Shown here piece by piece: positions 25,560 through 39,050 of a stretch of 64,000 nucleotides of DNA. The notes under the pieces were generated by a model, which worked only from the letters and a program-made list of their open reading frames with translations, was not told where the DNA came from and made no database searches. Source of the stretch: Octopus vulgaris (taxonomy: Eukaryota); NCBI GenBank assembly GCA_951406725.2, contig OX597839.1, forward strand, positions 9,548,001 to 9,612,000. The letters run 5' to 3'. Positions within the stretch are counted from its first letter, which is position 1; each line of letters begins with the position of its first letter. Position numbers and translations under genes: made by a program.

Positions 25560-25945
25560 TTCCCCAAAATCCATCCCCTCCTCACCATGGTGGGGATGCT
25601 GGCAACAGGTAGTGTCAGAGTTATGCCGTCGGGAACTTCGGTTCCTGGTAGGGTCACCCAAGGCGGATTGGTCTGACACTGAGTGGTATTCAGGCCACAA
25701 CCCGGCAGACAGGGCTCTGGTGAAAATCCTCAGAATGTCTGCTTTGGCAACCGGCCGCTCCTCGGTCATTCTGTCCCTGCGTCTGCAGACAATCTGCGGC
25801 AAACAGGATGTCTCCACATGCGGGATTGTTGGGGACCTCTTGTGAAATCCACATATTCCCACGAAACTTCTTCCATGAGTAGAAGCCGACTCAACCCACC
25901 CAGAGTGAATGTCGCCACAAGTACAAGTAAGTACAAGGTAAGGTA
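25560..25945 (+). mobile_element. Short RTE-derived non-autonomous retroposon; homolog at about 54062-54447, 3' end also at about 31830-32093
   Basis: Structured 5' part fused to the tail GCCGACTCAACCC...GAATGTCGCCACAAGTACAAGTAAG; flanking direct repeat AAGGTAAG. Confidence 0.55.
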
Positions 25946-27125
25946 AGCAAATGGTTAGTGATACCTACTACTAATTCTGAATGAGATGTGATAATCTTAC
26001 AAAAAAAGATGTTTTTTTTGTGTGGGCAAGAGGACAGTCTTGAAGAAGAGAAGATTTAGCCCATGATTTAGTAGACCCTGAATGTTGTATTCACAGTTTC
26101 TTATATCAGGATCGATGTTCTTTTCTAAGAATATGGTAGGCTGTGAGTGCACATCAATGAAGAGGCCCAAAATGGCTAAAATACAGTTGGAATTCTTGCT
26201 GGCTGAAGCTGGGTGATTTTTCATCTTCCTTCAATATTTATTGTATTTTTAACACTGGAGATTCATAAAAGATTTATCTCAGGACAAATACTGCAGTAGC
26301 TAGCCTATCAATGGTGTATATACATTAAGTGTGATGGCTGGATCTATTCATATATATATATATGGTCTCATAAAATTAAAAAAGTCAATAAAAGAAAATG
26401 TTGAAGAAAAATTAAAAAGATGCTTGGTTCATTTTATTTGTATTGCAATTGGAAAAGTAATGCAAATTAAAAGATTAAATGATATGCCTATAAGAACAAG
26501 TATAAAAGGAACCACATCAACAAAATAACCCCAAAATAGCCAAAAAGATATTCTACATATGTTTCAATATAACAATATTTTAGAATCATCAATAATTGTA
26601 ACTTTTAAAAATGTAATAAGCAGTATATTGTTAGATGTCTTCAGGAAAAGTAAGTATATTTTAGTCTTGGACTTATTTGAGGACTGTGTTTTGGAATTTT
26701 CAAATGCAAACTATTTTGAAAGAATCAGAGTTCATGTGATTAGAAATTTAATGTTTAAAATTTAGCTAGTATTGAACATTAAGATGCTACTAAAGCATCA
26801 AATTTATTTGAAATAAATATATGTATTATATTTATACTTATAAAGGTCTATGTGAGGGAAGTGGTAGAAAGACAGATGTAATATACATAAATTATATTGG
26901 GAAATGTAAATAAAGATTGGATGAATAACATTGGTGTTATTTACGAATTAAATTAGTTAGGATATAATTTCCAGTGTTCAAAGAAAAAATATTTTGTAGT
27001 TAAAATATAAGGTGTATAAAAACTGTTTAATACTCTGTTGTGAAAAGCTAGAGAAATTAAAATACAGGATAAATTCTCTAGGTCAAAATTAGAGTAACTA
27101 GTGATCTCCCTTCATTTCATATATA

Positions 27126-27490
27126 TCTCTCTATATATAAATGGAAAAAATGTCTGCGTGTGTGTCCTTTATACAAATCCACAATTTTTCAGTTAGAGGG
27201 CTCACACTTTCTATGGTCATTCAAAACCGTCCAAGGGTTGTCGTGCACATCTTTACATTTCCCCAGTCACCCTGCAAGGCCATTAAAAAATCAATAGAAG
27301 TGAATTTTTTGTGAATTTTCTATTCAAAACCCAGTCAAAATGCCCGAAACTTGATACGCCAATTGAATGCCAGCTAACTGTATGTGATTGGTCGGAGATT
27401 TGGACAGTACTCGTGTGTATGTGCGCACGCATGCAGCTATACATGCATGCACTAGCACTATGACCCGGCATTGCCAGGTCATAGTGCTAG
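27126..27490 (+). mobile_element. Non-autonomous Helitron-like element (family A)
   Basis: TC start; 3' hairpin CTAGCACTATGACC...GGTCATAGTGCTAG; CTAG|T end. Confidence 0.65.
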
Positions 27491-27723
27491 TATATGTATA
27501 ATCGTGTCATTCAATGTTTTAAAAATGAAAAATAACTTTTGTTTCACTTTAGTAATATGTCTGTAAGTTATATGGATAAAATAGATAGCAATATGTATGT
27601 GTAGTTTAAATCTTCATATTTATAGGAGAGTATTGTAGTTTGCTTGAAGCATTGTGTATTGTTTTCAAAAACATAATGTGTCTAGAATGGCACAACAATG
27701 CACTACAACAACAACAATGGACT

Positions 27724-28270
27724 TTAATAACTGTTATAGTTGGTACGTGTAAATTTGCCAAGTGTGTTGTTCTTCTTCTTTATCACCGATAGCCATTTGA
27801 GTTGGTAGGCTGTTCTACAAAAGTTGGCTTCCAGGTTGAATAAGATTTTCTCGTTCTGCTGTTGGCTCAAGATGAATTTAGGGCTCGGACTGAGATATAT
27901 ATTAAAAGTACCAATAGTCATAAATGCGGGATTATAATATTTTATAAAAATAAAAATGAACAAAAAAATTTCAAAATACAGCATTTATGTAAAAATAGGG
28001 TTGATTTCGGTGTTTATTTAATGTTAATCGTATTTATATTCTATTTAACAATGAGATAGATAATATAGATTTTAAAATTTATGGGAGCAACTGTCTTTGA
28101 AGACTCATATTGTCGTTGAATGCTCAAAATGAGGAGTAGATAGACAGCCAACAACTGATGTAGGGTCATTTCTCTGTGCTTACTTGTCCTGTTTTCCATT
28201 TTTTCTCTCGCTGTTTCTGTATTTAACTCATTTGTCTATGTATTTCATGTTTTTTACACAGTTGGTGCAT
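27724..28270. mobile_element. Penelope-like element remnant (ORF N-terminal fragment on minus plus pseudo-LTR-like sequence)
   Basis: LSPSPKFIL...NLEANFCRTAYQLKW resembles a PLE ORF N-terminus; degenerate hammerhead-like motif at 28091-28147. Confidence 0.4.
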
Positions 28271-30929
28271 ATATATATATACACACACACATATTTATTA
28301 TTAATATATATATTTTATATATATATTGAACCAAATTTGATGACTGGCATCCGTGCCAGTGGAATGCTAACAGCTCCATCCGAGCGGGATCACTGCCAGA
28401 GCAGCTGACTGGCTTCTGTGCTGGTGGCACGAAAAAAGCATCATTTGAGCGTGATCGTTACCAGCGTCTCCTTACTGGCACTTGTGCAGGTGGCACATAA
28501 AAGCACCCACTATACTCTCGGAGTGGTTGGCATTAGGAAGGGCATCCAGCTGTAGAAACTCTGCCAAATCAGATTGGCACCTGGTGCAGCCATGTGGTTC
28601 GCCAGTCCTCAGTAAAAGTGTCCAACCCATGCTAGCATGGAAAGCGGACATTAAATGATGATGATGACATATATGCACATTCGCCATGATAGATCGCTAG
28701 CCACTACACTTTCTTTATTTTCTCTGTTTGTTTCTTTCTGTGTTCCTGTTTGTGGAAGAGCGTAGGCTCAAAACGTTAAAGACTTTTTCATTTCCCAAGC
28801 GTTATACTTATACATCTGTTTGTTGTCTACACCACCTGCCTTCGTCTTTTGCTTTTTTTTGTGAATTCTCCCCCTATATCATCATCATCATCATCATCAT
28901 CGTTTAACGTCCGCTTTCCATGCTAGCATGGGTTGGACGGTTCAACTGGGGTCTGGCAAGCCCGAAGGCTGCACCAGGCCAGTCAGATCTGGCAGTGTTT
29001 CTACAGCTGGATGCCCTTCTTAACGCCAACCACTCCGAGAGTGTAGTGGGTGATTTTATGTGCCACCGACATAGGTGCCAGACGAGGCTGGCAGACGGCC
29101 ACGCTCGGATGGTGTTTTTTATGTGCCACCGACACAGGTGCCAGACGAGGCTGGCTGACGGCCACGCTCAGATGGTGTTTTCTTATGTGTCACCGACACA
29201 GGTGCCAGACGGATATATATGCACATATTGCTGGTTATATAAATCTTCAACTCTTTGATCTATAACTAGTTTGATAAGCATCAACACATGAACCTTTCAG
29301 CCCTTGAGTCACTCTGTTACTTCTACTAAATATTGGTTTCAAATTTTGGCACAAGGTCAGCAATTTTGGGAGAGGCAGCTAGTCGATTACATTCACCCCA
29401 GTGCTAAGTTGGTACTTATTTTATCAGCCCTGAAAGGATAAAAGGCAAAGTTGACCCTGGTGGCATTTGAACTCAGAACAAAGATCAACAAAATGCTGCT
29501 AAGCATTTCGTCAGGCATGCTAACAATTCTGCCAGCTCGAGACCTTGCTTCTCTTAAAATATTAATAAAAAAATGTATATACTCATGTTTTGAGTTCTAT
29601 TTTTCCTGTTTGCATCACCAAACCTCTATGTATGGGTGTGTGTATATATACATATATATTTATATATATATATGTATGGAGAGTTTACGTAAAAAACAAA
29701 AGTTGAAGACAGGTGGTGTACAAACAAACAGATGTATTAGTATAACGCTCAGGAATAGAAAAAGTCTTTTACATTTCGAGTTTACGCTCTTCTACAGAAA
29801 GGGACACATATACACACACATACACACACACACAAACAAGTACAAATATAAATGCATACACAGATACTTATGTATTGATAATTATATACTAATTAACTAT
29901 AAACTGCATAAATTATAGACAGTTAACTAAACAATGTTAATAATTTAGACATTGTTGGATACAACAGAAATTAAAGTAACATTCTAAAATTAGACTGCCC
30001 AGCTTCCTGTCATATATCCTGTACCAGATATTTTAGAGCAAACAAGTAGAGATGACTGCTCCGTTAATAATGCAATGTCCAAATTTATTTTGTTCTGAGA
30101 TCCTTTATACAATTCTTTTTAAAAAAGTCACTGAAGCCATATATTTTATGGACAACCACCACTACCTTAATTTTAATAAGATTGTAAATAAAATAAAAAA
30201 AGAGAGAAATTATTCATATAGGCGTATGAGTGGCTGTGGGGTAAGTAGCTTGCTTACCAACCACATGGTTCTGGGTTCAGTCCCACTGCATGGCACCTTG
30301 GGCAAGTGTCTTCTGCTATAGTCTCGGGCTGACCAAATCCTTGTGAGTGGATTTGGTAGACGGAAACTGAAAGAAGCCCATCGTATATATTTGTGTGTGT
30401 GTATGTTTGTCCCCCCCTCCCAACATCGCTTGACAACCAGTTTTGCAAAAGAGACTGATAGAATAAGTACTGGGGTTGATTTGCTCGACTAAAGGTGGTG
30501 CTCCAGCATGGCCACAGTCAAATGACGGAAAGAAAAGAGTAAAAAGTGTAAAGAGTATATGAATATCATGTCTTTCATTTTTGTATTTGGTTTGCAAGAT
30601 TCCTCATGTGAAAATGTTTTATAACAGATTTTGTTGTATCCTGGGAGAAACCAATAAGAAACATGTACTGGTTTTGCTTCACTTATATTATTATTATTAT
30701 TATTGTGCTGGTGCCATGTAAAAGCATTTGTGCCATTGCCACATAAAAAGCACTCGGGTTGGCGTTAGAAAGGGCATCCAGCCATAGAAACAATGCTAAA
30801 ACAGACACCTTGAGCCTGGGTATCTCTCCAGCTGGCTAGGTCCTATAAAAACTGTCCAACCCATGCCAGCATGAAAAACAGGCATAAAATGATGATAATG
30901 AATCAACTAGTCAAATCTTAAACCAATTA

Positions 30930-31795
30930 GCTGATTGATTGTTTGATTAATTGTTTGGTCAGCTGGTTCTTTGTGCTCCACTGATCCAGTTGCTTTCACC
31001 AAATGTTCTACCTCAGATGTTTCAAAACATTGTAGTAGAACTCTTGATTGATGATCTGGCCCTGGAAGATGAATTCTTGGTGCACAATACCACATTTGTT
31101 CGGGTGGCACTCGTGGCAGGTCTTCCAGATAGCTCATCATTTTCCAGAGACATTCTTCCACTTTTGAAACTCAAGTGCCACTTGAAACATTGCATACGAC
31201 CCATTGCCTCAGTGCCGTAAGCTTACCGAAAACATGCTCAATGTCTCAGAGGCAGACTTCACAGGTGTGGTGTTGGCGGTGTTATGGGCTGTGATGAGCT
31301 ATGTGGTGTTGGTGGAGAGGATGACAGATGAGATGGGCGGAAGCAAGGCTTGCAGGGGCCGGCGGAAGAGTGAAAGGTGCATGCGTGTGCAGGAAGTACG
31401 TGTGGTCAGCGAGCAAGTGTGGTCAGTTCCAGCACAGACGGCAGAGTGACAAGACATGTTGAATTCGTGAGAGAGACCACTGATTTCACCGAGGTAAGGC
31501 CTTTTGTATTTCTTTCTCCCGTTGCTTCTTTTTCTGTTGTCCTTTTCCTCCATCACACTACAACAGGTTTAACACAAAATTTCACAGCTCTTTGTTCTTG
31601 TCCGTGTCAAAATCACAGACTACACCGTATATGTGATCACATAAATTTCCCAACTTGCAAAATAAATACAGCAATGTCACTCAGTATGCTTCCTCATGAA
31701 GGCCATTGTTAGCTCTCACTGTGCATACAACTGTGTACTGTCATTTGTTGGTGCGTTATAGAACAAGTCCAGGAAGTTTTTGATACCACTTTGTA
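30930..31795 (-). mobile_element. Mariner relic with an internal GC-rich insert
   Basis: CFKWHLSFKSGRMSLENDELSGRPATS is a mariner HTH-linker motif; TIR-like end near 31770-31795. Confidence 0.65.
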
Positions 31796-33344
31796 TTTAT
31801 AGCCTTAGCTAACTGCTTCTCCATTTTAATGATGCCAACTCCACTTCCCAACTGGCGGAAACGCGCGGGCGGGCAGCTGAAGACCTGGGTTACAATGTTC
31901 AAGGAGGACCTCTCTGTGCTCACCGGACTGCAGGTGGTCGGCCTGCGCTGATGGAACCGTGACTGGCTTGCTATTTCCAGTGAACTGGCACAGGACCGTT
32001 GTGCGTGGGCTGCCATGGTTCGGGATGCCTCGAGGGTGGAAGAAGAAGCCGACTCAACCCGCCCAGGGTGAATGTCGCCATAAGTACAAGTAAATGTGTG
32101 TGTGTGTGAAAGGAAGTGTTTTGCTCAAGAACATAACACATTGCCTGATCCTAAAATTGAAACCACAATCTGGTGGTTGTGAGCATAAGACTTAAACCAT
32201 TGTACCCTTGTATAGGCACAGGAGTGGCTGTGTGGTAAGTAGCTTGCTTACCAACCACATAGTTCCGAGTTCAGTTCCACTGCATGGCATCTTGGGCAAG
32301 TGTCTTCTGCTATAGCCTCGGGCCGACCAAAGCCTTGTGAGTGGATTTGGTAGACGGAAACTGAAAGAAGCCAGTCGTATATATGTATATATATATATAT
32401 GTATGTCTGTGTTTGTCTCCATAGCATTGCTTGACAACCGATGCTGGTGTGTTTACGTCCCCATCACTTAGTGGTTCGGCAAAAGAGACCGATAGATTAA
32501 GTACTGGGCTTACAAAGAATAAGTCCCGGGGTCAATTTGCTCGACTAAAGGCAGTGCTCCAGCATGGCTGCAGTCAAATGACTGAAACAAGTAAAAGAGT
32601 AAAGAGTTAACATAATATACAGGCAGCAACTTCTGTTTAAAGAGTGGTCCTTTGAATTACAGTTACAAACTACCCAAGCGACTTCATAGAGTTTCCATCC
32701 ATCTAATTTCACTCCCAAGGTGTGGGTCAACTGGCAGCTATGGAGGTGAAGCTGGTATATACTTGGCTGAGGCAGTTGACCTTAGGATTGCTGATCCGCA
32801 TGACCTTTCCTAATTTTTTTAGCCATATTTGAGTCTTGCTATAAATAGAACAATGAGTAAAGATAAATTGTTAGAAAGGAAAGATGAATAACCACAGAGA
32901 GAGAGGGAGGGAAACGAAGAAAGAGAGAAAGACAGGGAGAAAGAGACAAGGAAGGAAAGAAATAGAAAGTGAGAAAGAAGGAAAGAGAGAGAACTGCAAA
33001 GAAAAAAAAAAGGTGAGAAAGAGAGAAGAATCTAGATCTAGGTGATGATTCCATTATTTAGTATTTAGTTCTTCTACAGCATCTGAGGACACAGACACAT
33101 GCAATCACAAGACAAATGACATGCTTGACATATCCACAAAAACTAGGGAAAGCTCAAGTGTTATATATATATTCCACTTTTTCACCCTTACTTTGTTTTG
33201 TTTAATATCCTGTTTGAGAGCTCTGGTTTACCGGAACTGGTAGGATGCCTTCCATTCTTTTACTTACTTCCTGCAGTGGTTGTTGAACTCTTATTGTCTT
33301 CCCTGTCAGATCTTTAAAATATCATTTTTTATTTTCTATTTTTA

Positions 33345-33641
33345 CGTGCCCTTTCCAAGCCTAGCCAGGCTCATGGGCCCAGTTTCCCGGTTTCTATGGC
33401 ATATGTGTTCCCCCCAGCTGGACGGGACGCCAGTCCATCGCAGCATTACTCAAGAAACAGGAAGAAAGAGTGAGAGAAAGTTGTGGCGAAAGAGTACAAC
33501 AGGGGTTGCCCCCTGCCAGAGCCTCGTGCAGCTTTAGGTGTTTTCGCTCAATAAACACACACAACGTCCGGTCTGGGAATGGAAACCACGATCCTCCGAC
33601 CACGAGTCCGCTGCCCTAACCACTGGACCATTGCGCCTCCA
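33345..33641 (-). mobile_element. tRNA-derived SINE family 3; others at about 10279-10465 (+) and 62670-62777 (-)
   Basis: Head GGCGCAATGG(T/C)CCAGTGGTTAGGGCAGCGGACTCG...GGTTTCGATTCCC with A and B boxes. Confidence 0.75.
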
Positions 33642-33984
33642 CTTTAAAATATTATTATAATTTTTATTTAGACAGTAAGCTGGCATGTTCGGACAGTGCT
33701 TTTTATGTGCCACTGGCATAGGTATCCAACTACAATTTCCATTTGATTTTTATTTGATGTTGATGTACTTGACTCAATAGGTCTCCTCAAGCACAGCAGG
33801 TCGCCCTATGATCCAAGGTAAGCACAACAGGCTGTTCTGCGATCCAAGGTACTTTGGATAGGCTGGGGCTGCTATGTGAAGCTGGTGCAGGAAACAGCCA
33901 TGAACTCATGTTATTTGTCGGGTCTTCGCAGTCACAGCATACCTCCAGAGATATAGATTGACAATTTCTGTTTTATAATATTTC

Positions 33985-34411
33985 GGATCTTTTCAGTTTG
34001 AACGGCAGTTTTTTCTAGCGGTGTCATATGAAATTGTCACCCATAGTTATGACCCTAGTATCGATCTATTGCATTTCAATCTTTTTTAGGGTTAGGGTTA
34101 GTTAGGGTTAGGGGTGGGGGGAAGGACATCTTTTTTTTTTCAGAAATGTAAATAAACCCAATCTGTTTCTTAAACGAGGGACATATTCATACGGCACAGA
34201 ATGTTTTCACCTCAATAGACGTCATTGATTCGTTGAAATTGCAGAAATTGAAGAAAAAAAACAACAAATATCTTACAAACTATAGAATTTTCTCAATAAA
34301 GCCAAGAGAAAAAGATGTTTTATAAACACATTCTACCAGTATACGAAGTTTAAAAGTGTTTAGTTACGTGGAAATTATTTTAAAAAATTGCCGTTCAAAC
34401 CGAAAAAATCC
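33985..34411 (+). mobile_element. Merlin-like MITE copy
   Basis: Same TIRs; 8-bp TSD AATATTTC. Confidence 0.75.
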
Positions 34412-35765
34412 AATATTTCTTCAAGCATTCACAAGATTGTTATTGTTTATGTTCAGTCTTATGCAAGGATTCTTTTCTCTCCAAATTCAGTATATTTTTT
34501 TCAGTGTTTGAAACTTCTGAAGAAAAATACATAGAAGTGTAATAAACCTCAATTTCCTGTTTATTGTCTTCCTTGAAACATTTATGCTTCTTGATCTCAT
34601 TAGTACCTGCTGCTGTTGAGCATGGAGATTCCTTTAGAAGGATTTGTCCTGTTGGACCTCCAGCCTCATATTGCTGGGAAGGTTTAAACCAATAGCAAAC
34701 TTTTCTCCCCTTAATTGGTTCTTCTCGGGGTGGTGTGGCCTTTGTTCACCACCAGCAAGCTGGCAGAAACGTTAGCACGCCGGGTGAAATCCTTAGCAGT
34801 ATTTTGTCTACCGCTACGTTCTGAGTTCAAATTCCACCGAGGTCGACTTTGCCTTTCATCCTTTCGGGTTGATAAATTAAGAACCAGTTACTCACTGGGA
34901 TCGATGTAATCGACTTAATCCGTTTGTTTGTCCTTGTTTGTCCCCTCTATGTTTAGCACCTTGTGGGTAGTAAAGAAATAGGTATTTCGTCTGCCGCTAC
35001 ATTCTGAGTTCAAATTCCACCGAGGTCAACTATGTCTTTCATCCTTTCGGGGTCGATAAATTAAGTACCAGTTACGCACTGAGGTCGACATAATTGACTT
35101 AATCCCTTTGTCTGTCCCCTCTATGTTTAGCCCCTTGTGGGCAATAAAGAAATAAATTAATAAGTGTGGCCTTTGTTCACCCAGGCAATGATCAATCCTG
35201 TATAGATTCTGCTTTGTTGCTGTTAAGACATGAGGAGTTTTTAAGTAAGGCCCCACAGAGACTGGTATTTTTGATGTAACACCATCTCTGATAGGTTGTT
35301 CATTGTGGCTCAAAGAGGCCTATTTACATTTAGATGAGGCAGCCTGTTTCACACTAGTCGCCAGCCCAGTAAGATGCTCCATGGGGGTTCTATATTAGAC
35401 TTCCTGTATCAAAAACATATTGTCTTCACCATGGCAAAGCCAAGAATCCTTTCCCACATGTAAGATACAAATGGAAAGGTACAGTACTTTGAGTATTGGC
35501 AGCACTAACTTTGTTGAATGAGCACATCCTCTCAGTGGCACTTATTCTGCTTTCCATTGTCTAGGTATCAGTGTGAATCCGACTATGGTAGACGTGCCAG
35601 TTGGGATGAGCAGCTCTCAGGAGTCGACAACAATGTTGGGGTATTTTACAGATACCTTTAGGCAATTCTTAAAACACTTCTTTTCACATTGCCTTTGTGG
35701 TTGTCAACTGCTTTGCCACTGGCTGAAGAATTTCTAACCAGATTTAGTAACATAGGCCAGTTTAC

Positions 35766-36171
35766 GGATCTTTTCGGTTTGAACGGCAGTTTTTTAAAAT
35801 AATTTCCACATTTTAAACTTCATATACTTGTAGAATGTGTTTATAAAACATCTTTTTCTCTTGGCTTTATTGAGAAAATTCTCTTGTTTGTAAGACATTT
35901 GTTGTTTTTTTTTCTTCAATTTCTGCAAATTCAACCAATCAATGACGTCTATTGAAGTGAAAACATTCTGTGCCGTATGAATATGTCCCTCGTTTAAGAA
36001 ATAGATTGGGTTTATTTACATTTCTGAAGAAAAAAAGATACCCTTCCCCCCACCCCAAACCTAACCCTAAAACAGATTGAAATGCAATAGATCGATACTA
36101 GGGTCATAATTATGGGTGACAATTTCATATGACACCGCTAGAAAAAACTGCTGTTCAAACTGAAAAGATCC
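35766..36171 (-). mobile_element. Merlin-like MITE copy, inserted in a LINE relic
   Basis: Same TIRs, inverted; 8-bp TSD CAGTTTAC. Confidence 0.75.
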
Positions 36172-36365
36172 CAGTTTACTTACATTTGCAGCAAGCCGAC
36201 ATAGAGGGAAAACCATGCTGTTTAACTATTTTGTGAGCAAATAGTGGACAATTGTTTCATTCTAAAATCAACTTTGTTGTCCATCACAGGCAGCAACATA
36301 AATGACAAATTACAGAAGAAATAAACACTCAGAAACAAGGAATTAGTCCATTGTATCAATTAGTC

Positions 36366-37340
36366 AAGGCGGCGAGCTGGCAGAAACATTAGCACGCCGG
36401 GCAAAATGCGTAGCCATATTTCGTCTGCTGTTATATTCTGAGTTCAAATTCCGCCGAGGTCGACTTTGCCTTTCATCCTTTCGGGGTCGATAAATTAAGT
36501 ACCAGTTACTCACTGGTGTCGATATAATCGACTTAATCCGTTTGTCTGTCCTTGTTTGTCCCCTCTATGTTTAGCCCCTTGTGGGTAATAAAGAAATAGG
36601 TATTTCGTCTGCCGTTACATTCTGAGTTCAAATTCCGCCGAGGTCGACTTTGCCTTTCATCCTTTCAGGGTCGATAAATTAAGTACCAGTTACACACTGG
36701 GGTCGATATAATTGACTTAATCCGTTTGTCTGTCCTTGTTTGTCCTCTCTATGTTTTAGCCCCTTGTGGGTAATAAAGAAATAGGTATTTCGTCTGCCGT
36801 TACATTCTGAGTTCAAATTCCGCCGAGGTCGACTTTGCCTTTCATCCTTTCAGGGTCGATAAATTAAGTACCAGTTACACACTGGGGTCGATATAATTGA
36901 CTTAATCCGTTTGTCTGTCCTTGTTTGTCCTCTCTGTGTTGAGCCCCTTGTGGGTAATAAAGAAATAGGTATTTCGTCTGTCTTTATGTTCTGCATTCAA
37001 ATTCCGCCGAGGTCAACTTTGCCTTTCATCCTTTTGGGGTCGATATATTAAGTACCAGTTACGCACTGGGGTCGATATAATCGACTTAATCCGTTTGTCT
37101 GTCCTTGTTTGTCCTCTCTGTGTTTAGCCCCGTGTGGGTAGTAAAGTAATAGGTATTTCGTTTGTCTTTACGTTCTGCGTTCTAATTCTGCCGAGGTCAA
37201 CTTTGCCTTTCATCCTTTCGGGGTTGATGAATTAAGTACAAGTTACGCACTGGGGTTGATATAATCGACTTAATCCGTTTGTCTGCCCTTGTTTGTCCTC
37301 TCTGTGTTTAGCCCCTTTGTGGGTAGTAAAGAAATAGGTA
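36366..37340 (+). repeat. Tandem array of SINE family 2, five units of about 184 bp
   Basis: Units restart at GGTATTTCGT near 36599, 36784, 36968 and 37152; only the first unit has the 5' head. Confidence 0.9.
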
Positions 37341-37404
37341 TCAATTAGTCAGGTAGAGATCTATTATGTAAAAAATTAAAGAAAACTTATTTGTACACTG
37401 TTTT

Positions 37405-37436
<32 letters not shown>

Positions 37437-37886
37437 CGTCGTAGTCATCTCTTCTCTTTTGTCTGAACTGTGTGTGTGTGTGTGTGTGTGCATGTGTACA
37501 TGACCAAGTGAATTGGGAGGCAGAAAGTGAATAGTAGGCTAAAAAAAATGTGATGAGGATAAAAAGAGGAAATCATATCACAGACATGACATGGAGTAGG
37601 GATGGTGGGGGTAGTGGTGGGAGAATTTGAAGGATTGGTCCTGGGAACTGTGATGTTTAGATGTTTGTTGTGAGGCAATGTTATTTTGTTTATTGTAATG
37701 TTTTAAGTGGAAAGAAAGAGAGAGAGAGAGAGTGGGGGAACTAGATCACATTGCACTGTGTGATCTTTATCCAAAATAGACAAATAAATTTGGATGATGT
37801 GTCATCAATTTGGGCGGCTGGAAAAAATTCCTGATGCTGAAGTTTTTTTAGAAGAAACCTTTTGAGAAATCAGTGTCAGAAATTGT

Positions 37887-38285
37887 GGATCTTTTTGGTT
37901 TGAACATCTGTTTTTTCTAGCAGTGTCATATGAAATTGTCACCCATAATTATGACCCTAGTATCGATCTATTGCATTTCAATCTGTTTTAGGGTTAGGGT
38001 TTCTTTTTTTTCTTCAGAAATCTAAATATACCCAATCTGTTTCTTAAACGAGGGACATATTCATACGGCATAGAATGTTTTCACCTCAATAGACGTCATT
38101 GATTGGTTGAAATTGCAGAAATTGAAGAAAAAAACAACAAATATCTTACAAACTATAGAATTTTCTCAATAAAGCCAAGAGTAAAAGATGTTTTAAAAAC
38201 ACATTCTACCAGTATACGAAGTTTAAAAGTGCTTAGTTACGTGGAAATTATTTTAAAAAAACTGCCAGTCAAACCAAAAAGATCT
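37887..38285 (+). mobile_element. Merlin-like MITE copy
   Basis: Same TIRs; 8-bp TSD GAAATTGT. Confidence 0.75.
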
Positions 38286-38797
38286 GAAATTGTATTCATT
38301 TGAAAATTGAGCAAGAATTCAATATACTTCTGCATCATCTGTTTTATGTTTTTAATGTATTATTGCAATTAGATTGATATCATTACTACATTACATTATG
38401 GTTCATGTGACTATATTGTTATTAATAAATAAAAATAAATGTGCCCTTTTAAAGCCTAGCCAGGCTCATGGGCCTGGTTTCCCGGTTTCAATGGCGTATG
38501 TGTTCCCCAGCTGGATGAGACGCCAGTCCATCGCAGCGTTACTCATTTTTGTCACATGAGTGGACTGGAGTAACGTGAAATGAAGTGTTTTACTGAAGAA
38601 CACAATGCATCGCTCGGTCCAGGAATTGAAACTATAATCTTACGATCATGATGCTGACACCCTAACCATTAAGCCACGCGCCTCCACATATTGTTATTAG
38701 ATCTATATTATTATTTCATTAAATTATCATTACTATAATGTTTTTAGAATATAGGTTGTCAAGCGATCTTGGGGGACACACACACACACAAACATAT

Positions 38798-38830
<33 letters not shown>

Positions 38831-39050
38831 CCATGGGCTTCTTTCAGTTTCCGTCTACCAAATCCATTCACAGACTCTATTTGTAATGTCTTCCTCAGCT
38901 GGTTGATTTTTTTTTTTCCTGAAAATCCAAGCTTATCTATACTGAGAGTTAAGCTTTTATTTAGAAAACCAAGTTCACTAATCATTATTAGCATAAATGT
39001 AAATTTGTGATCCAGATATAGAAGCTGGCGGTTTTGAAGCAATTGTCCAT

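Noticed and set aside
25997-26224. 75-aa minus-strand ORF as a possible myosin-18 terminal exon
   Set aside because: It has no coiled-coil character or similarity to MYO18 and is more likely PI3K 3' UTR or intergenic sequence.
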